Both the position numbers and the translations under genes were made by a program. The notes under the pieces were generated by a model. The model saw nothing but the letters and a program-made list of their open reading frames with translations. It was not told the DNA's origin and did no database searches. A DNA stretch of 64,000 nt from a virus: positions 34,470 through 98,469 of the IMG/VR virus record IMGVR_UViG_3300046463_000520; one strand, written 5' to 3'. Below are positions 16,001-24,860 of this stretch, piece after piece; the first letter of the stretch is position 1, and the number at the start of each line of letters is the position of its first letter.

Positions 16001-19000
16001 CCTGCGCGAAGAAACGCTCGACGCCTATGTCGAATACCTCGCGCACCATGACGACGCCTATTCGGTCGAGAACGACAAGAGCAAGACGGAAAGCATCAAG
16101 CAGGACTCCCTGCTCGCGGAAGCGAAAGACTTGGGTTCGAAATCGGGCGCGCTGCCCTACTTCGAAGACTTGGGCGTGGATTCGCTCGTGCTGGACGAAG
16201 CGCACAACTACAAAAACTCGAAAGTCACGAGCGCGGAATTTACCGGCGCGAAATACCTGTCGGACCCGCAGAAGTCGCAACGCGGCATGGACATGCAGGC
16301 GAAGGCGTGGTTTGTCCGTGGTCTGTCGGACCGTGGCGATGGCGTGGTTTCGCTGACCGCGACGCCCGTCACGAACTCGCCGCTCGAAGTCTATTCGATG
16401 CTCACGCTCGCGCTTGGCGAAGAAGAAGTCAACAACATGTACGGCGTGACCGGCGCGGACACGTTCATGGCGGCGGCGTGCGATATCGAAGAACGCGAAG
16501 AAGAAAACATCGTCGGCAAATTCACCGCGACGCGCACCTTTACCGGCTTGCAGAACGCGGGCCTGCTGCGCCGCCTGCTCCAGACGTCGTGCCTGATTAA
16601 GACGGCGGAAGACGTGAAGGCGGACGGCGTGGATATCCGCGTGCCGCAGGCCGAAGAAATCTCGACGGCGGTCGATATCGGGCCGGACAACTTCGCGACG
16701 CTCATCGCCTACAAAAACGAGTACATGGAAGCGGTCAAGCTCGTGAAGGCGGGCGGCGGCGGACCGGACGACAAGCTCACGGCGTCACCGTTCAACCTGA
16801 TTCGAAAGATGACGAAGGTCATCAACGACCCGGAAATGGACAAGGGCGTGTTCGTCTTCAAGTTCTCGGACGACGAGAAAGAAGGCGCGCTCAAGGCCCT
16901 GCTCGCGTTCAACAAGAAGAAGGTCAAGGAAATCCGCGACACGCTCGACCCGATGCTCGGCAAGGAATTCGTCACGGAAAAGAGTGTGCGTGACACGGTA
17001 ACGGGCGATTTCGTCGTCCAATACAACACGACCATTCAGGCGTTCGCCGCGACCGATGCGAACGGCGACAACGAAATCCGCCTGCCGTCCACGGAATACG
17101 AGACGCAGGAAGCGCTTATCAAGCTGCTCGAAGCCGAAGGCGTGAAGCCGCGCGTGAAAATCTCGCCGAAGCTCGCCGCCGTCATCGCGAACGTGAAGAA
17201 AGAAGCCGCGTACCCGCGTCATATGGGCCACGCCAAGCAAATCATTTTCTGCGACGAACTCGGCCTGCATCCGAAAATCCGGCTCGCGCTCGCGCAGGAA
17301 GTGGGCGTTCCGCTGTCGAAAATCAAGATCGTCAATGCGGTCGCGGTTGACGTCGCGGGTATGCAGGACGTGCAGGACGGTTTCAACGCCGACGGCGAAG
17401 AAAACCGCTACGAATACGTCATCGCCAACAAAAAGGCCGAAGTCGGTATCAACCTGCAAAAAGGCTGTCAGGCTATCCACCATATGACGATTGGCTGGAC
17501 GCCGGACTCGACGCACCAACGCAACGGGCGCGGCGTGCGGCAGGGCAACACGGTCGAGAAGGTCATGGTGTATCACTACGATGCGAACGGCACGTTCGAC
17601 GCCTACAAGCGCAAAATCGTGGATATCAAAGCCGACTGGATTGGCGCGCTCATGTCGGGCGACTCGCAGAAAATCAAGATCGAAGGCGACATGTCCGCCG
17701 CCGATTACGAACTGCTCGCGAACGCCGTGGGCGACGCTGAAGCGATGGAAACGGCAAACAGGGCCATCGCCGACCGCGCCAAGCGCGAAAAGATTCAGGC
17801 CGCGCGCGTGCAGCAAATCCAGTATGTGCGCACCATCGAAGGCGCGAACGTATGGCTCAACAAGTTCGGCGTGACCGGCGAAGACGAGACGAGCGGCTTC
17901 AATGCTTGGGTCAACTCGAAAATCGCGAGCATCCGCGCGCAGGTTTCCATCATCGCCGATATCAAGACGCGGCAGGATGAAACCGAAAGCGACTTGATGC
18001 GCGCGCGGCTGGCGAAGAAGTACGCCGAAGAACGCCCGAAGCTCGACGCGGCCCTGCTCGTCATCGGCGGACTCGCAACGCCGGGCAAAATCCCCGCCGA
18101 ACGCACGTATCGCTCCACGCTCACGGACGAAGACCGCGCATCCGCCGCCTATGCGAACTGGAAGAAGGAACTGACGTTGCGCACGAACATGCGCGACGAC
18201 TCGCGCCGCGCCTTCCTTCAGCGCTCGGAAGACGGCTATACGGTCGATTCGCTCGACGCGCACGCGCGCGGCGAAGCGGCGGTCGTCATGGGTACGCTGG
18301 TTCGTATCGGCTCGTTTGTCGAGAACGGCGACGCGCTGCTGGTTGTGCGCAGCGGCAAGAATCGTCAGGCGGGCAACCTGTACGGTTACAACCCGGCTGA
18401 CCAAAGCGAAATCGAACTGCTGAAAATCGCCAAGCCGGTATTCACGGACAAGGGTTCCGCGCGCTGGCGCTCGCTGGTTGAACAGGCCGTGCGCATGGAC
18501 GAAGCGACCATTGCCGATAGCGATTTCGGCGGCGCGTATGGTGCGAGCGATCCGCGCCTGTACATGTCGATGGTCGAAGACGTGCGCGACGCGATCAGCG
18601 TGCCGGTTCCGTCGGCCCCGCTCTCGAAGTCGTCGTTCTCGTTCAAGCGCCCGTACTTCCCTATCGTGCTCGATGACTTGACCGGCGAAAGCGGCGGCGC
18701 GCTGGCGAAGCGCATCCGTGCGGAACAAATCGACCTGCTCGACTTGGCGAAGGGCAACAAGTGGAACGTCGTGCCGCGCGACACGCGCACCATCGGGCCG
18801 TCGCTCGATATCAACGTGCGCACGCAATCCGAAGCGATCCGCGAGTATGCGGTGGCGCACAATCTGCGCGCGACCGAAGACGACCTGTACGCGATCAATA
18901 GCGGGCTTGGCACGCGCAACGTGGTCGATCAGCTTGGACTGCGCGCGCTGTTCTTCAAGTCGCTGCCCGAAGGCGTCGCGGCAAGCAAGACGCCGGACGA

Positions 19001-19880
19001 ACTCGACGTGTGGGCGCTCGCGTGGTTCCGCGCGCAACTCGACTGGCTCGAAGTGTCGGACCTTTCGACGGTGCTTGGCGGGTACATGTCGCAATACCTG
19101 CGCACGCAGGCAAAGATTGACGACGGCACGGAACGATGGGTCAAGCTGATTGAACCGCCGACCTACACTGTGAAGGACGCGGCGCTGGCGGCGCTCGAAA
19201 CGGCGATCAAGGGCGGTTTTCTGGTCGATGAAATCATCGGCGAGAACGGCGGCAACGCCTACCCGATGCCGTATCTGCCGGGCGGTTTCCTGTCGAGCGG
19301 CGCGGGCCGGAAAGTCGCCGAACTGCTGTGCGAACAGGTCGGCGAATATATCGAACTGAAGGTCGGCGCGGACAAGGTGCGCTCGCTCAACGGGTACGGC
19401 TCGAACATTCGCCTGTATTACGACAATTGGGGCGATGCCGTGACGCTGGTTGCAAGCGTGTTCTCGGACCGCTGGAAATCGCTGGTTCAGTGGGCGCAGT
19501 CGGTTGAGAAGGTGCGCGCAGCGGACAAGGCAGGCACGGACGTGCCGGGCATTCTCGCCGCCCTGCGCCGGATGCCGGGCGTGCTGTCGGCGGACGTCGG
19601 CACGGTCGAAGCGCGCGAGAAGCGTTACGGCTCGAAGGGGTTCTATACCTACGTGCCGGGCACGTATATCCTGCTCGGCATTTCGCGCGGCTCGTCGCTG
19701 CACGATAAGGTCGCGACGAAGGGCGACGCGGGCTTGCATGGCCGCACGTTCGACCGCGAAACGAACTGCTTCCGCATCACCATCGCCGACGGCGAGAAGT
19801 GGAGCGACGGCGTAGCGGTCGCATCGGTCGATAGTCTGTTCGCGCACATCGGGCAAAACATCGCCGACTATAAGCTGTAA
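13044..19880 (+). CDS. darB: DarB-like N6-adenine methyltransferase / SNF2 helicase anti-restriction protein
   Basis: EYYTP, VLDPSSGTG, NVPF (MTase); VGLGKT, DEAH, TATP, GINLQ, QRNGRGVRQGN (SF2 helicase); 2278 aa. Confidence 0.9.
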   Translation: MTTLILDDASNGMASDLARLKLAREGKTLLQERESLTASAADTIRKLKIGKRIREIVEALGLRPAAKKPDAAPVAVRTEPTGEFYPDEGKRTTGQRQKANDAAIALMREIQASGRAVTDEDRAILAKYSGNGGGLVGADGKTGSPHEYYTPKEVAGAMWNLLAELGFNGGSVLDPSSGTGIFTSMRPKSAVMSQVELDQTSGTINGLVNNGPTVTTAVSPFEAFANDTPDEIYDAVITNVPFGDRTKRGGNEKLDSRFQDESLEGYFVQRALQKVKPNGLAAFIVPKAVVSGLGSRDVKLRTNCSLMAEFVGAYRLPNSIFTTAAADVTTDLIVFRKFSRETRRKVEELEAQSPATLKDANILWEPFVSGAFFKTVGRKYILGEEGTTKGKYGEVAAVINTDSISNIVKLIKRFPDSHINWELLDMVPTAPITYTDGDTINKDGATLEMRDGEWVVLDSAQAASKTVLDLADKLSRPLAAVNSRVTFAQAGEYVDAMQNAGRFWDVGAWLTGTVKTVATLAESERETWWQAITAGMAVQELLSEADSVEPQNYVTAYPELAAQLAKVERYATRTVGKAAKLVKDGLLSIQNARRKGEFTALWKGEILANVQDRILSPTQIYEKARYENEDETGFVSVSKLREAMSDFDPLEDDDWCMGADGETVMHANDYYTGSYGRFLKQAEADLAAATDPRVRAKIARQMDRAKERISVVDVADMTFNLFTPHVTMAQKLEFLKTYVSVDIFINDKGEFDIKQSNPGKYASAEEMAAYKAMQRFVKSYLKNQTITTMTKQADAEANPAAEAALMRRIKDITDRAKAQFDSWARANDEIQASLHQKLNDPENLKFIEVPDGTPLDIPNLNVEDFEPHAYQYAACRRYARHFGGVLGFDVGLGKTLTALAATQYAQSIGVKKKTIFVVPNATLTNWQKEAGKAYLNTDDCLFVGVITDKKGKKKVDNNQVKIDLNTIRENRHAKIFMTIEAFKQIPLREETLDAYVEYLAHHDDAYSVENDKSKTESIKQDSLLAEAKDLGSKSGALPYFEDLGVDSLVLDEAHNYKNSKVTSAEFTGAKYLSDPQKSQRGMDMQAKAWFVRGLSDRGDGVVSLTATPVTNSPLEVYSMLTLALGEEEVNNMYGVTGADTFMAAACDIEEREEENIVGKFTATRTFTGLQNAGLLRRLLQTSCLIKTAEDVKADGVDIRVPQAEEISTAVDIGPDNFATLIAYKNEYMEAVKLVKAGGGGPDDKLTASPFNLIRKMTKVINDPEMDKGVFVFKFSDDEKEGALKALLAFNKKKVKEIRDTLDPMLGKEFVTEKSVRDTVTGDFVVQYNTTIQAFAATDANGDNEIRLPSTEYETQEALIKLLEAEGVKPRVKISPKLAAVIANVKKEAAYPRHMGHAKQIIFCDELGLHPKIRLALAQEVGVPLSKIKIVNAVAVDVAGMQDVQDGFNADGEENRYEYVIANKKAEVGINLQKGCQAIHHMTIGWTPDSTHQRNGRGVRQGNTVEKVMVYHYDANGTFDAYKRKIVDIKADWIGALMSGDSQKIKIEGDMSAADYELLANAVGDAEAMETANRAIADRAKREKIQAARVQQIQYVRTIEGANVWLNKFGVTGEDETSGFNAWVNSKIASIRAQVSIIADIKTRQDETESDLMRARLAKKYAEERPKLDAALLVIGGLATPGKIPAERTYRSTLTDEDRASAAYANWKKELTLRTNMRDDSRRAFLQRSEDGYTVDSLDAHARGEAAVVMGTLVRIGSFVENGDALLVVRSGKNRQAGNLYGYNPADQSEIELLKIAKPVFTDKGSARWRSLVEQAVRMDEATIADSDFGGAYGASDPRLYMSMVEDVRDAISVPVPSAPLSKSSFSFKRPYFPIVLDDLTGESGGALAKRIRAEQIDLLDLAKGNKWNVVPRDTRTIGPSLDINVRTQSEAIREYAVAHNLRATEDDLYAINSGLGTRNVVDQLGLRALFFKSLPEGVAASKTPDELDVWALAWFRAQLDWLEVSDLSTVLGGYMSQYLRTQAKIDDGTERWVKLIEPPTYTVKDAALAALETAIKGGFLVDEIIGENGGNAYPMPYLPGGFLSSGAGRKVAELLCEQVGEYIELKVGADKVRSLNGYGSNIRLYYDNWGDAVTLVASVFSDRWKSLVQWAQSVEKVRAADKAGTDVPGILAALRRMPGVLSADVGTVEAREKRYGSKGFYTYVPGTYILLGISRGSSLHDKVATKGDAGLHGRTFDRETNCFRITIADGEKWSDGVAVASVDSLFAHIGQNIADYKL

Positions 19881-19928
19881 GACACACGCCGCCGCCCACG
19901 CCGGGCGGCGGCATAACCAGAACCAACC

Positions 19929-20336
19929 ATGACCCTACTCGCTTTCAAAATGGACCCGGCTTGGCTCGCGCAGAAGCGCGACGAGTACGCCGGGCAAATC
20001 AAGGCCGAACGCGGCGCGGACGCGGACGTGCGCGCGGTATTCATCGAGCAAACCCGCAAGGTCATCAGCGGCGCGAATCGCACGAGCTATCTGCGCTTCG
20101 GGCCGTATTGGTGGGCTGTGAAGCGCATCCTGATTGCCGCCGATATCGGCGTCGGGACGCACGTCGAAACCATGTGGGCGGATGAATACGCCTGCGCGGA
20201 TGACGAACTGACGCTCGTCGCGTCGTGGGCGTTTGCCGAAGACGCAACGGGGCGCTTTGGCGTGCTCACGCGGGAATACGATTTGGACGGCATCACGTTC
20301 GTGCTCTACGACGAAGAAATGGAAGCTCCGCGCTGA
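19929..20336 (+). CDS. ulx: Ulx-like protein (aids DarB incorporation in P1)
   Basis: YLRFGPYWWAVKRIL...LTLVAS resembles P1 Ulx as I recall it; directly after darB as in P1. Confidence 0.7.
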   Translation: MTLLAFKMDPAWLAQKRDEYAGQIKAERGADADVRAVFIEQTRKVISGANRTSYLRFGPYWWAVKRILIAADIGVGTHVETMWADEYACADDELTLVASWAFAEDATGRFGVLTREYDLDGITFVLYDEEMEAPR

Positions 20337-20409
20337 ATTGCAACACGAAAGGGGGTGGTCCCTATCTCGAACCCCTGAAGGGGTGGATATAAAGAACGCC
20401 TCAACCTTT

Positions 20410-20434
20410 GCCCGGCCTTGCGCCGGGCTTTTTA
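20410..20434 (+). terminator. Rho-independent terminator
   Basis: GCCCGGC-CTTGC-GCCGGGC followed by a T-tract. Confidence 0.8.
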
Positions 20435-20438
20435 TTGC

Positions 20439-20774
20439 TCACGAGACGATTCCATAAAAGACGGCCATCGCGCGATTGACCGCAAGCATGGTTTCGTCAT
20501 CGAGACGCCCGACGACCTGCCCGATGTTCTCGCGCGGCACGGCCTGAATCTTATCGACCATGACTTGCGAAGGCTTGTCCAATCCATTCCCCGCGCTCGG
20601 CTCGACCGTGATTCGATACAGCGGCATATCGCGAAGCTCGCTCGTGATAAGCACGATGACGATAGAGGCATGTTCGGCGAACAGGTCCGACTGCACGACA
20701 AGCGCGGGGCGCGGCTTGCCGGTATAGGCCCCTTTCGCGGCGACCGTCACCACGTCACCGCGCATCATTCCCAA
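20439..20774 (-). CDS. mazF: PemK/MazF-family toxin
   Basis: RGDVV..GKPRPALVVQSD..ITSE..NGL.KPSQVMVDKI. Confidence 0.9.
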   Translation of the reverse strand: MGMMRGDVVTVAAKGAYTGKPRPALVVQSDLFAEHASIVIVLITSELRDMPLYRITVEPSAGNGLDKPSQVMVDKIQAVPRENIGQVVGRLDDETMLAVNRAMAVFYGIVS

Positions 20775-20977
20775 CCCTCCCGGTCCGCGACGGACTCGAT
20801 GAAATCCATGATTTCCCGCTCGTGCGGGTCATCGCGCGTGAGAAGCGACTGACGGCGGCATTCCTCCGCGAAGCCCGGCGCGCTCGTGTCGGGAACCCAT
20901 ATCTGCACCGGGCGCAGACCCGCGCGGCGCATGGCGTCGCGGCGCTTCGCGACCCGCTCTGAAACTGTCATTCCCAT
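20765..20977 (-). CDS. DUF3018 / MazE-like antitoxin
   Basis: GLRPVQIWVPD..FAEECRRQS signature; overlaps the toxin start. Confidence 0.85.
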   Translation of the reverse strand: MGMTVSERVAKRRDAMRRAGLRPVQIWVPDTSAPGFAEECRRQSLLTRDDPHEREIMDFIESVADREGWE

Positions 20978-20990
20978 ATATCCCCCGTCG

Positions 20991-21002
20991 GTTACATGTA
21001 AC
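20991..21002. promoter_or_regulatory. TA operator palindrome
   Basis: Perfect GTTACATGTAAC between the antitoxin start and a TACTAT -10 (21005-21010, minus strand). Confidence 0.6.
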
Positions 21003-21060
21003 GGATAGTATAGGGCAGATTTCCGACCGTCGTATAGGAGAATCTTTTGTGCGTTAGACC

Positions 21061-21092
21061 GCTTGCGCTTTCATTCGTGAGCGCATACTATT
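21061..21092 (+). promoter_or_regulatory. Early promoter/operator box, copy C
   Basis: TTGCGC-TTTCATTCGTGAGCGCA-TACTAT. Confidence 0.85.
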
Positions 21093-21123
21093 GAGTCTAG
21101 TCCACCACGAAGGGAGCACGAAC

Positions 21124-21363
21124 ATGGCCGTCAACTGGAAGCACGTCGCTGATACGCTCGCCCTGCAAGGCATCGACCTCAATACGCAATTCGATTCGCT
21201 GACCGGCGATCAAGTCAAGATGGTCGAAGACCAAGCGAAGAAAAGCGGCTACCGTGCTCCGAAGAATTCGAGCGCGTCGCCCGCTGACATGTTCTTCTCG
21301 GCGGTGCAGCGCAAGGCGGGGACGCGCCGCCATGCTTCGATCAACTCCCGCAAGGCCATCTAA
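21124..21363 (+). CDS. Small early protein
   Basis: RBS AAGGGAG; GYR.PKNSS.S motif. Confidence 0.65.
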   Translation: MAVNWKHVADTLALQGIDLNTQFDSLTGDQVKMVEDQAKKSGYRAPKNSSASPADMFFSAVQRKAGTRRHASINSRKAI

Positions 21364-21411
21364 CGCCCTGCCCGGCTCACACCGGGCGAAATCCACCACA
21401 AGGGAGCACAC

Positions 21412-21681
21412 ATGGAAGTCACTAAGATGCAGTGGGAAGCGATGGAAGCCTCGCTCGCGAACGACGAGTCGAGCACGGACGAAGAACTGGAAGACCACTT
21501 CGTTAAGGAAGTGGGCGTCACCATCGAAATCGCGCAGTTTGCGATCATCTACCGCGACGACTTCCTGACGGCGGACCCGAATGCGCCGGTTCAGCCGTCG
21601 CTCGCGGACCTGTGGGGCAGCGGCAGCATCGCGGGAGAAGCGCGCGCCGAACGCTGCCTCTCGCCCGGCTACGGTTCCTGA
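21412..21681 (+). CDS. Highly acidic small protein
   Basis: NDESSTDEELEDHF; RBS AAGGGAG. Confidence 0.7.
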   Translation: MEVTKMQWEAMEASLANDESSTDEELEDHFVKEVGVTIEIAQFAIIYRDDFLTADPNAPVQPSLADLWGSGSIAGEARAERCLSPGYGS

Positions 21682-21691
21682 AGGGGCGCAC

Positions 21692-21988
21692 ATGGCAACG
21701 AACAAACCCGTCGTGAAATACTGCAAGCCCGCTCCCGCCACGCTGCGACGCTGGATCGACGCTCACCCTGAGAAAGTCGCGGAATTCGACTGCGGCGGCG
21801 GCTATTGCTTCGGCGATGGTCGCGGATTCGGGTACGACATTCTGTTGGCTCCCGGCTGGCGCATGTCCGATGACTGCGTGCATACGTTGATCGAGCCGAC
21901 CGTTAAAGAAATGCTCGCGCAACTGCGAAGCGTCGTCCCGTGCGACTGCGACGAGTGCAAGGAAATGCTCGAACAGAGCGCGAAATAA
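21692..21988 (+). CDS. Small Cys-containing protein
   Basis: RBS AAGGGG; PCDCDEC. Confidence 0.6.
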   Translation: MATNKPVVKYCKPAPATLRRWIDAHPEKVAEFDCGGGYCFGDGRGFGYDILLAPGWRMSDDCVHTLIEPTVKEMLAQLRSVVPCDCDECKEMLEQSAK

Positions 21989-22032
21989 CAACCACGCCCG
22001 GCCTGCGCGCCGGGCATCACGAGCACACAACA

Positions 22033-22227
22033 ATGGCACTCGACCTATCAAAAATCCCGGCTCACGTTCTCTCTGACGTGCGCGAGCGCGGTCACTCTGA
22101 CGAAGCGATGGCCGCGATGACGCCGCGCGAATTCTTCTCGGAATACTGCAACTGGAACGGCCTCATTCGGTGGGGTGACACGCTGTTTTCCGCTGTCGAA
22201 GCCTGTCAGAAAGCGGGCAAGCCATGA
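22033..22227 (+). CDS. Small hypothetical protein (64 aa)
   Basis: MALDLSKIP...YCNWNGLI; ATGA overlap with the next gene. Confidence 0.6.
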   Translation: MALDLSKIPAHVLSDVRERGHSDEAMAAMTPREFFSEYCNWNGLIRWGDTLFSAVEACQKAGKP

Positions 22228-22469
22228 AAATTGACGAGAAATTCAACAAGCGCGGCGCGAACCTGATTGAAGTGCAAACGCCGTCGGTTCGCGGCGGGCC
22301 GCAATACGCGCTCGGCTTGGTCGCGGAATTTTTCAGGCTTCCGGGCGACGCCGATCACAGCACGATCAAGCTGCACATGACGCCGGGCGAAGCCCTGCAC
22401 TTCGCCGAAGAACTGATAAAGGCGGCGCGCTTTGAACTGCGGGACGTTCTCAAGGGAGACAAAGCATGA
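22224..22469 (+). CDS. Hypothetical protein
   Basis: Translationally coupled on both sides. Confidence 0.6.
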   Translation: MKIDEKFNKRGANLIEVQTPSVRGGPQYALGLVAEFFRLPGDADHSTIKLHMTPGEALHFAEELIKAARFELRDVLKGDKA

Positions 22470-22978
22470 CGAAAATTGACCTTCACGTTTTTGCGCCCGG
22501 CGATCCTGCCGTCGGCATTGCGCACACGCACTGGACTATCGAGAACGTCGGGCCGCTCGACGCCTATCCGAATCAGCGGGACATGGTGCGTCGTCAGTTC
22601 GAACTCGCGTTTCAGTCGCTTGCCGACGGCAAGCTGCGCCTGTTTTTCAGTGACGAGCCGGGCGCGGCGGACCCGGAACCGCAAACGCCGCAGGAACCGG
22701 GCGAATGGGACGTGCCGGGCGTCGAAGGCGGCATTGCCATCGTAAAGCGGACCCGATGGGGCAGCGCGTCGATGGAACTCTACGGCGAAGACGGCGAGCC
22801 GTTCTATGGGAGTCTGCCGGTCGATACGCCGCTGCCGGTCATCAATCAGGCGATGCACCTGATTCAGCGTGCAGAGAAGCGCGGCGAAGAATGGGGTAAG
22901 CGCAGCAAGCAATTCGAAGTTCTCAAGGTGCTCGGCATCGAGAAGCCCTTCGAACTCATGCCGAAGGTGGAAGACTGA
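22466..22978 (+). CDS. Hypothetical protein
   Basis: RBS AAGGGAG; last gene of the cluster. Confidence 0.6.
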   Translation: MTKIDLHVFAPGDPAVGIAHTHWTIENVGPLDAYPNQRDMVRRQFELAFQSLADGKLRLFFSDEPGAADPEPQTPQEPGEWDVPGVEGGIAIVKRTRWGSASMELYGEDGEPFYGSLPVDTPLPVINQAMHLIQRAEKRGEEWGKRSKQFEVLKVLGIEKPFELMPKVED

Positions 22979-23077
22979 CATGACACGCCGACCGTCATCC
23001 TGCTATCGTATGACCGTCGATTCTGCGCGGTTTCTGTGGTGGTGCTGCCCGACTCGATGACGTCCTAGGCCCTGATT

Positions 23078-23103
23078 GCCCCGCTCGCGCGGGGCTTTTT
23101 TTT
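23078..23103 (+). terminator. Rho-independent terminator
   Basis: GCCCCGC-TCGC-GCGGGGC followed by T8. Confidence 0.85.
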
Positions 23104-23115
23104 GGCCGCACGGCA

Positions 23116-23158
23116 TAGGAAAACGCGCGGGCGTCTTGCGGCGCGCGGCGGCGACACT
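23116..23158 (+). promoter_or_regulatory. Late promoter L3 (portal)
   Basis: TAGGAAAACG-N27-GACACT. Confidence 0.8.
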
Positions 23159-23186
23159 GGACGCTGTTCTCATATCGTCCAACGCC

Positions 23187-24860
23187 ATGCCGACTCCGAC
23201 CGATAGCAAGCCATCGGGCTTCGCCAAAATCAAAGCCCTGTTCGCCTCCAAGGGCGTCAACGCCGCTGAGATTGGCGACGCCGAACAACAAGACGCGCTC
23301 ACCGACGGCCTGACTATCTCGATGCTGCTTGGCGCGGGCCGCTCGACCGCGCGCAACCGGCTTCAGATTTATCAGAAGCGCATCGAAATGATTGGCGACC
23401 CGATTATCTCGACCGCGCTGCGCCTGCACGTCACCGCTGCCTTGGGCGGGCACGAGACGAGCGGCGACACGGTATTCATCGAAGCGACCGGCGACGCGAA
23501 GAAGGACAAAAACAAAAAGCGCATCGCCGAAGAAATCTCGAAAGACTTGGCTCCGATTTTCAACCGCATCGCCTACACCGTGGCCTTCAACGGCGCGGGC
23601 TTCGGCGACGCCTACGGGCGCGTCTATACGGCGGGCAAGCTCGGGGTCGTGGACGTCTACTGTGACGAGCTAGTGCATCCGTCGATGATTACCGCCTACG
23701 AGCGCGGCAACACGACGATGGGCTTCGTCGCGGCGAGCGGCCCGAAATCGACGGTCAAGCTGAATCTGTTCCAGATGGCGCGTTTGAAAATGCCGCGCAT
23801 GATTTACGTGCCGCAGGTCCGCGCAATGGAGAAGGCCATTCGGACCGCGCTCGATACCGACGATATCAACGAACTGCCGTTCATGCCGTCCCTTGTCGGC
23901 GGCTCGTTTCTCGATGCCGCAGAAGGCCCGTATGACGCCCTTCAAGCGGCGATGGTCGGTCTAGTCGGGCAGCGCGTGCTTGATTCGATTGACGAGTCGA
24001 TGATGACGGTCAACATGGACGGCATGACCAAAGAGCAACGCGGCTCGTTCATGGCGAACATGAAGTCGATTCTGTCGGCGTCCAAGCAACGCGCGGAACA
24101 GGCGATCAAGCAGGGCCGTCCGGTACTCGAACGCATCTATCACCTGATTCCGACTTGGGGCGACAAGCAAATGACCGCCCTGAATGGCTCGCTCGCGACG
24201 GGCGGCGGGCGCGGGCAGTCGGGCACTTTGTCTATCGAAGACGTCTTGTTCTACGCGAAGCTGCTCTCTGGCGCGCTTGGCGTGGACTTGTCGATGCTCG
24301 GCTTCTCCGAACTGCTGTCGGGCGGCTTGGGGGATGGCGGGTTCTTCCGCACGAGCGCGCAGGCGGCGGAACGCTCGCGCCTGATTCGCGTGGGCCTGTC
24401 GGAGTTTTTCAATCACATCATCGACGTCCATACGCAATTCAAGTATGGGCTTGTGTTCCCGCCTGACGAACGTCCGTGGGAAGTCAACTTCTACGGCACG
24501 ATTTCCGCGCTCGAAAGCGAGAAGCAGAAGACCCGCACGGAAGCGCAGAACACGGGCGCGCTGCTGCTGCAATCGCTCGAAAGCATCAAAAACTTGGGAA
24601 TGAAAGACCCGAAGGCCATCGAAGAAATCCTCGCGAAAATCATGCTGCTGGACGAAGACCAAGCCGCGCTGATTACGAAGGCGATCATCGAAGCGATCAA
24701 GTCGGGCGAAGAACAGGACGCGGAAGGCGGCGGCGGGTTTGGCGGCGGCGGTGACATGGGCGGCGGGCCGGTCGGCAACGCGGGCGGCACGCCTGCGCCT
24801 GCCCTGCCGAAAGCCAAGCCTAAGAAGAAGGAAGCCGCCGCAGACGAGGAAACCGCCTAA
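23187..24860 (+). CDS. Portal protein (P1 Prt-like)
   Basis: M..DPIISTALRLHVTAALG, FGDAYGRVY, GGSFL..AE, GGLGDGGFFRTS motifs; 557 aa. Confidence 0.8.
   Translation: MPTPTDSKPSGFAKIKALFASKGVNAAEIGDAEQQDALTDGLTISMLLGAGRSTARNRLQIYQKRIEMIGDPIISTALRLHVTAALGGHETSGDTVFIEATGDAKKDKNKKRIAEEISKDLAPIFNRIAYTVAFNGAGFGDAYGRVYTAGKLGVVDVYCDELVHPSMITAYERGNTTMGFVAASGPKSTVKLNLFQMARLKMPRMIYVPQVRAMEKAIRTALDTDDINELPFMPSLVGGSFLDAAEGPYDALQAAMVGLVGQRVLDSIDESMMTVNMDGMTKEQRGSFMANMKSILSASKQRAEQAIKQGRPVLERIYHLIPTWGDKQMTALNGSLATGGGRGQSGTLSIEDVLFYAKLLSGALGVDLSMLGFSELLSGGLGDGGFFRTSAQAAERSRLIRVGLSEFFNHIIDVHTQFKYGLVFPPDERPWEVNFYGTISALESEKQKTRTEAQNTGALLLQSLESIKNLGMKDPKAIEEILAKIMLLDEDQAALITKAIIEAIKSGEEQDAEGGGGFGGGGDMGGGPVGNAGGTPAPALPKAKPKKKEAAADEETA

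Noticed and set aside
13086-19856. Very long minus-strand ORFs (1064 and 1023 aa; likewise 6671-8527, 24857-26629, 34439-36943)
   Set aside because: Antisense shadows of codon-biased high-GC genes; no motifs or RBS evident
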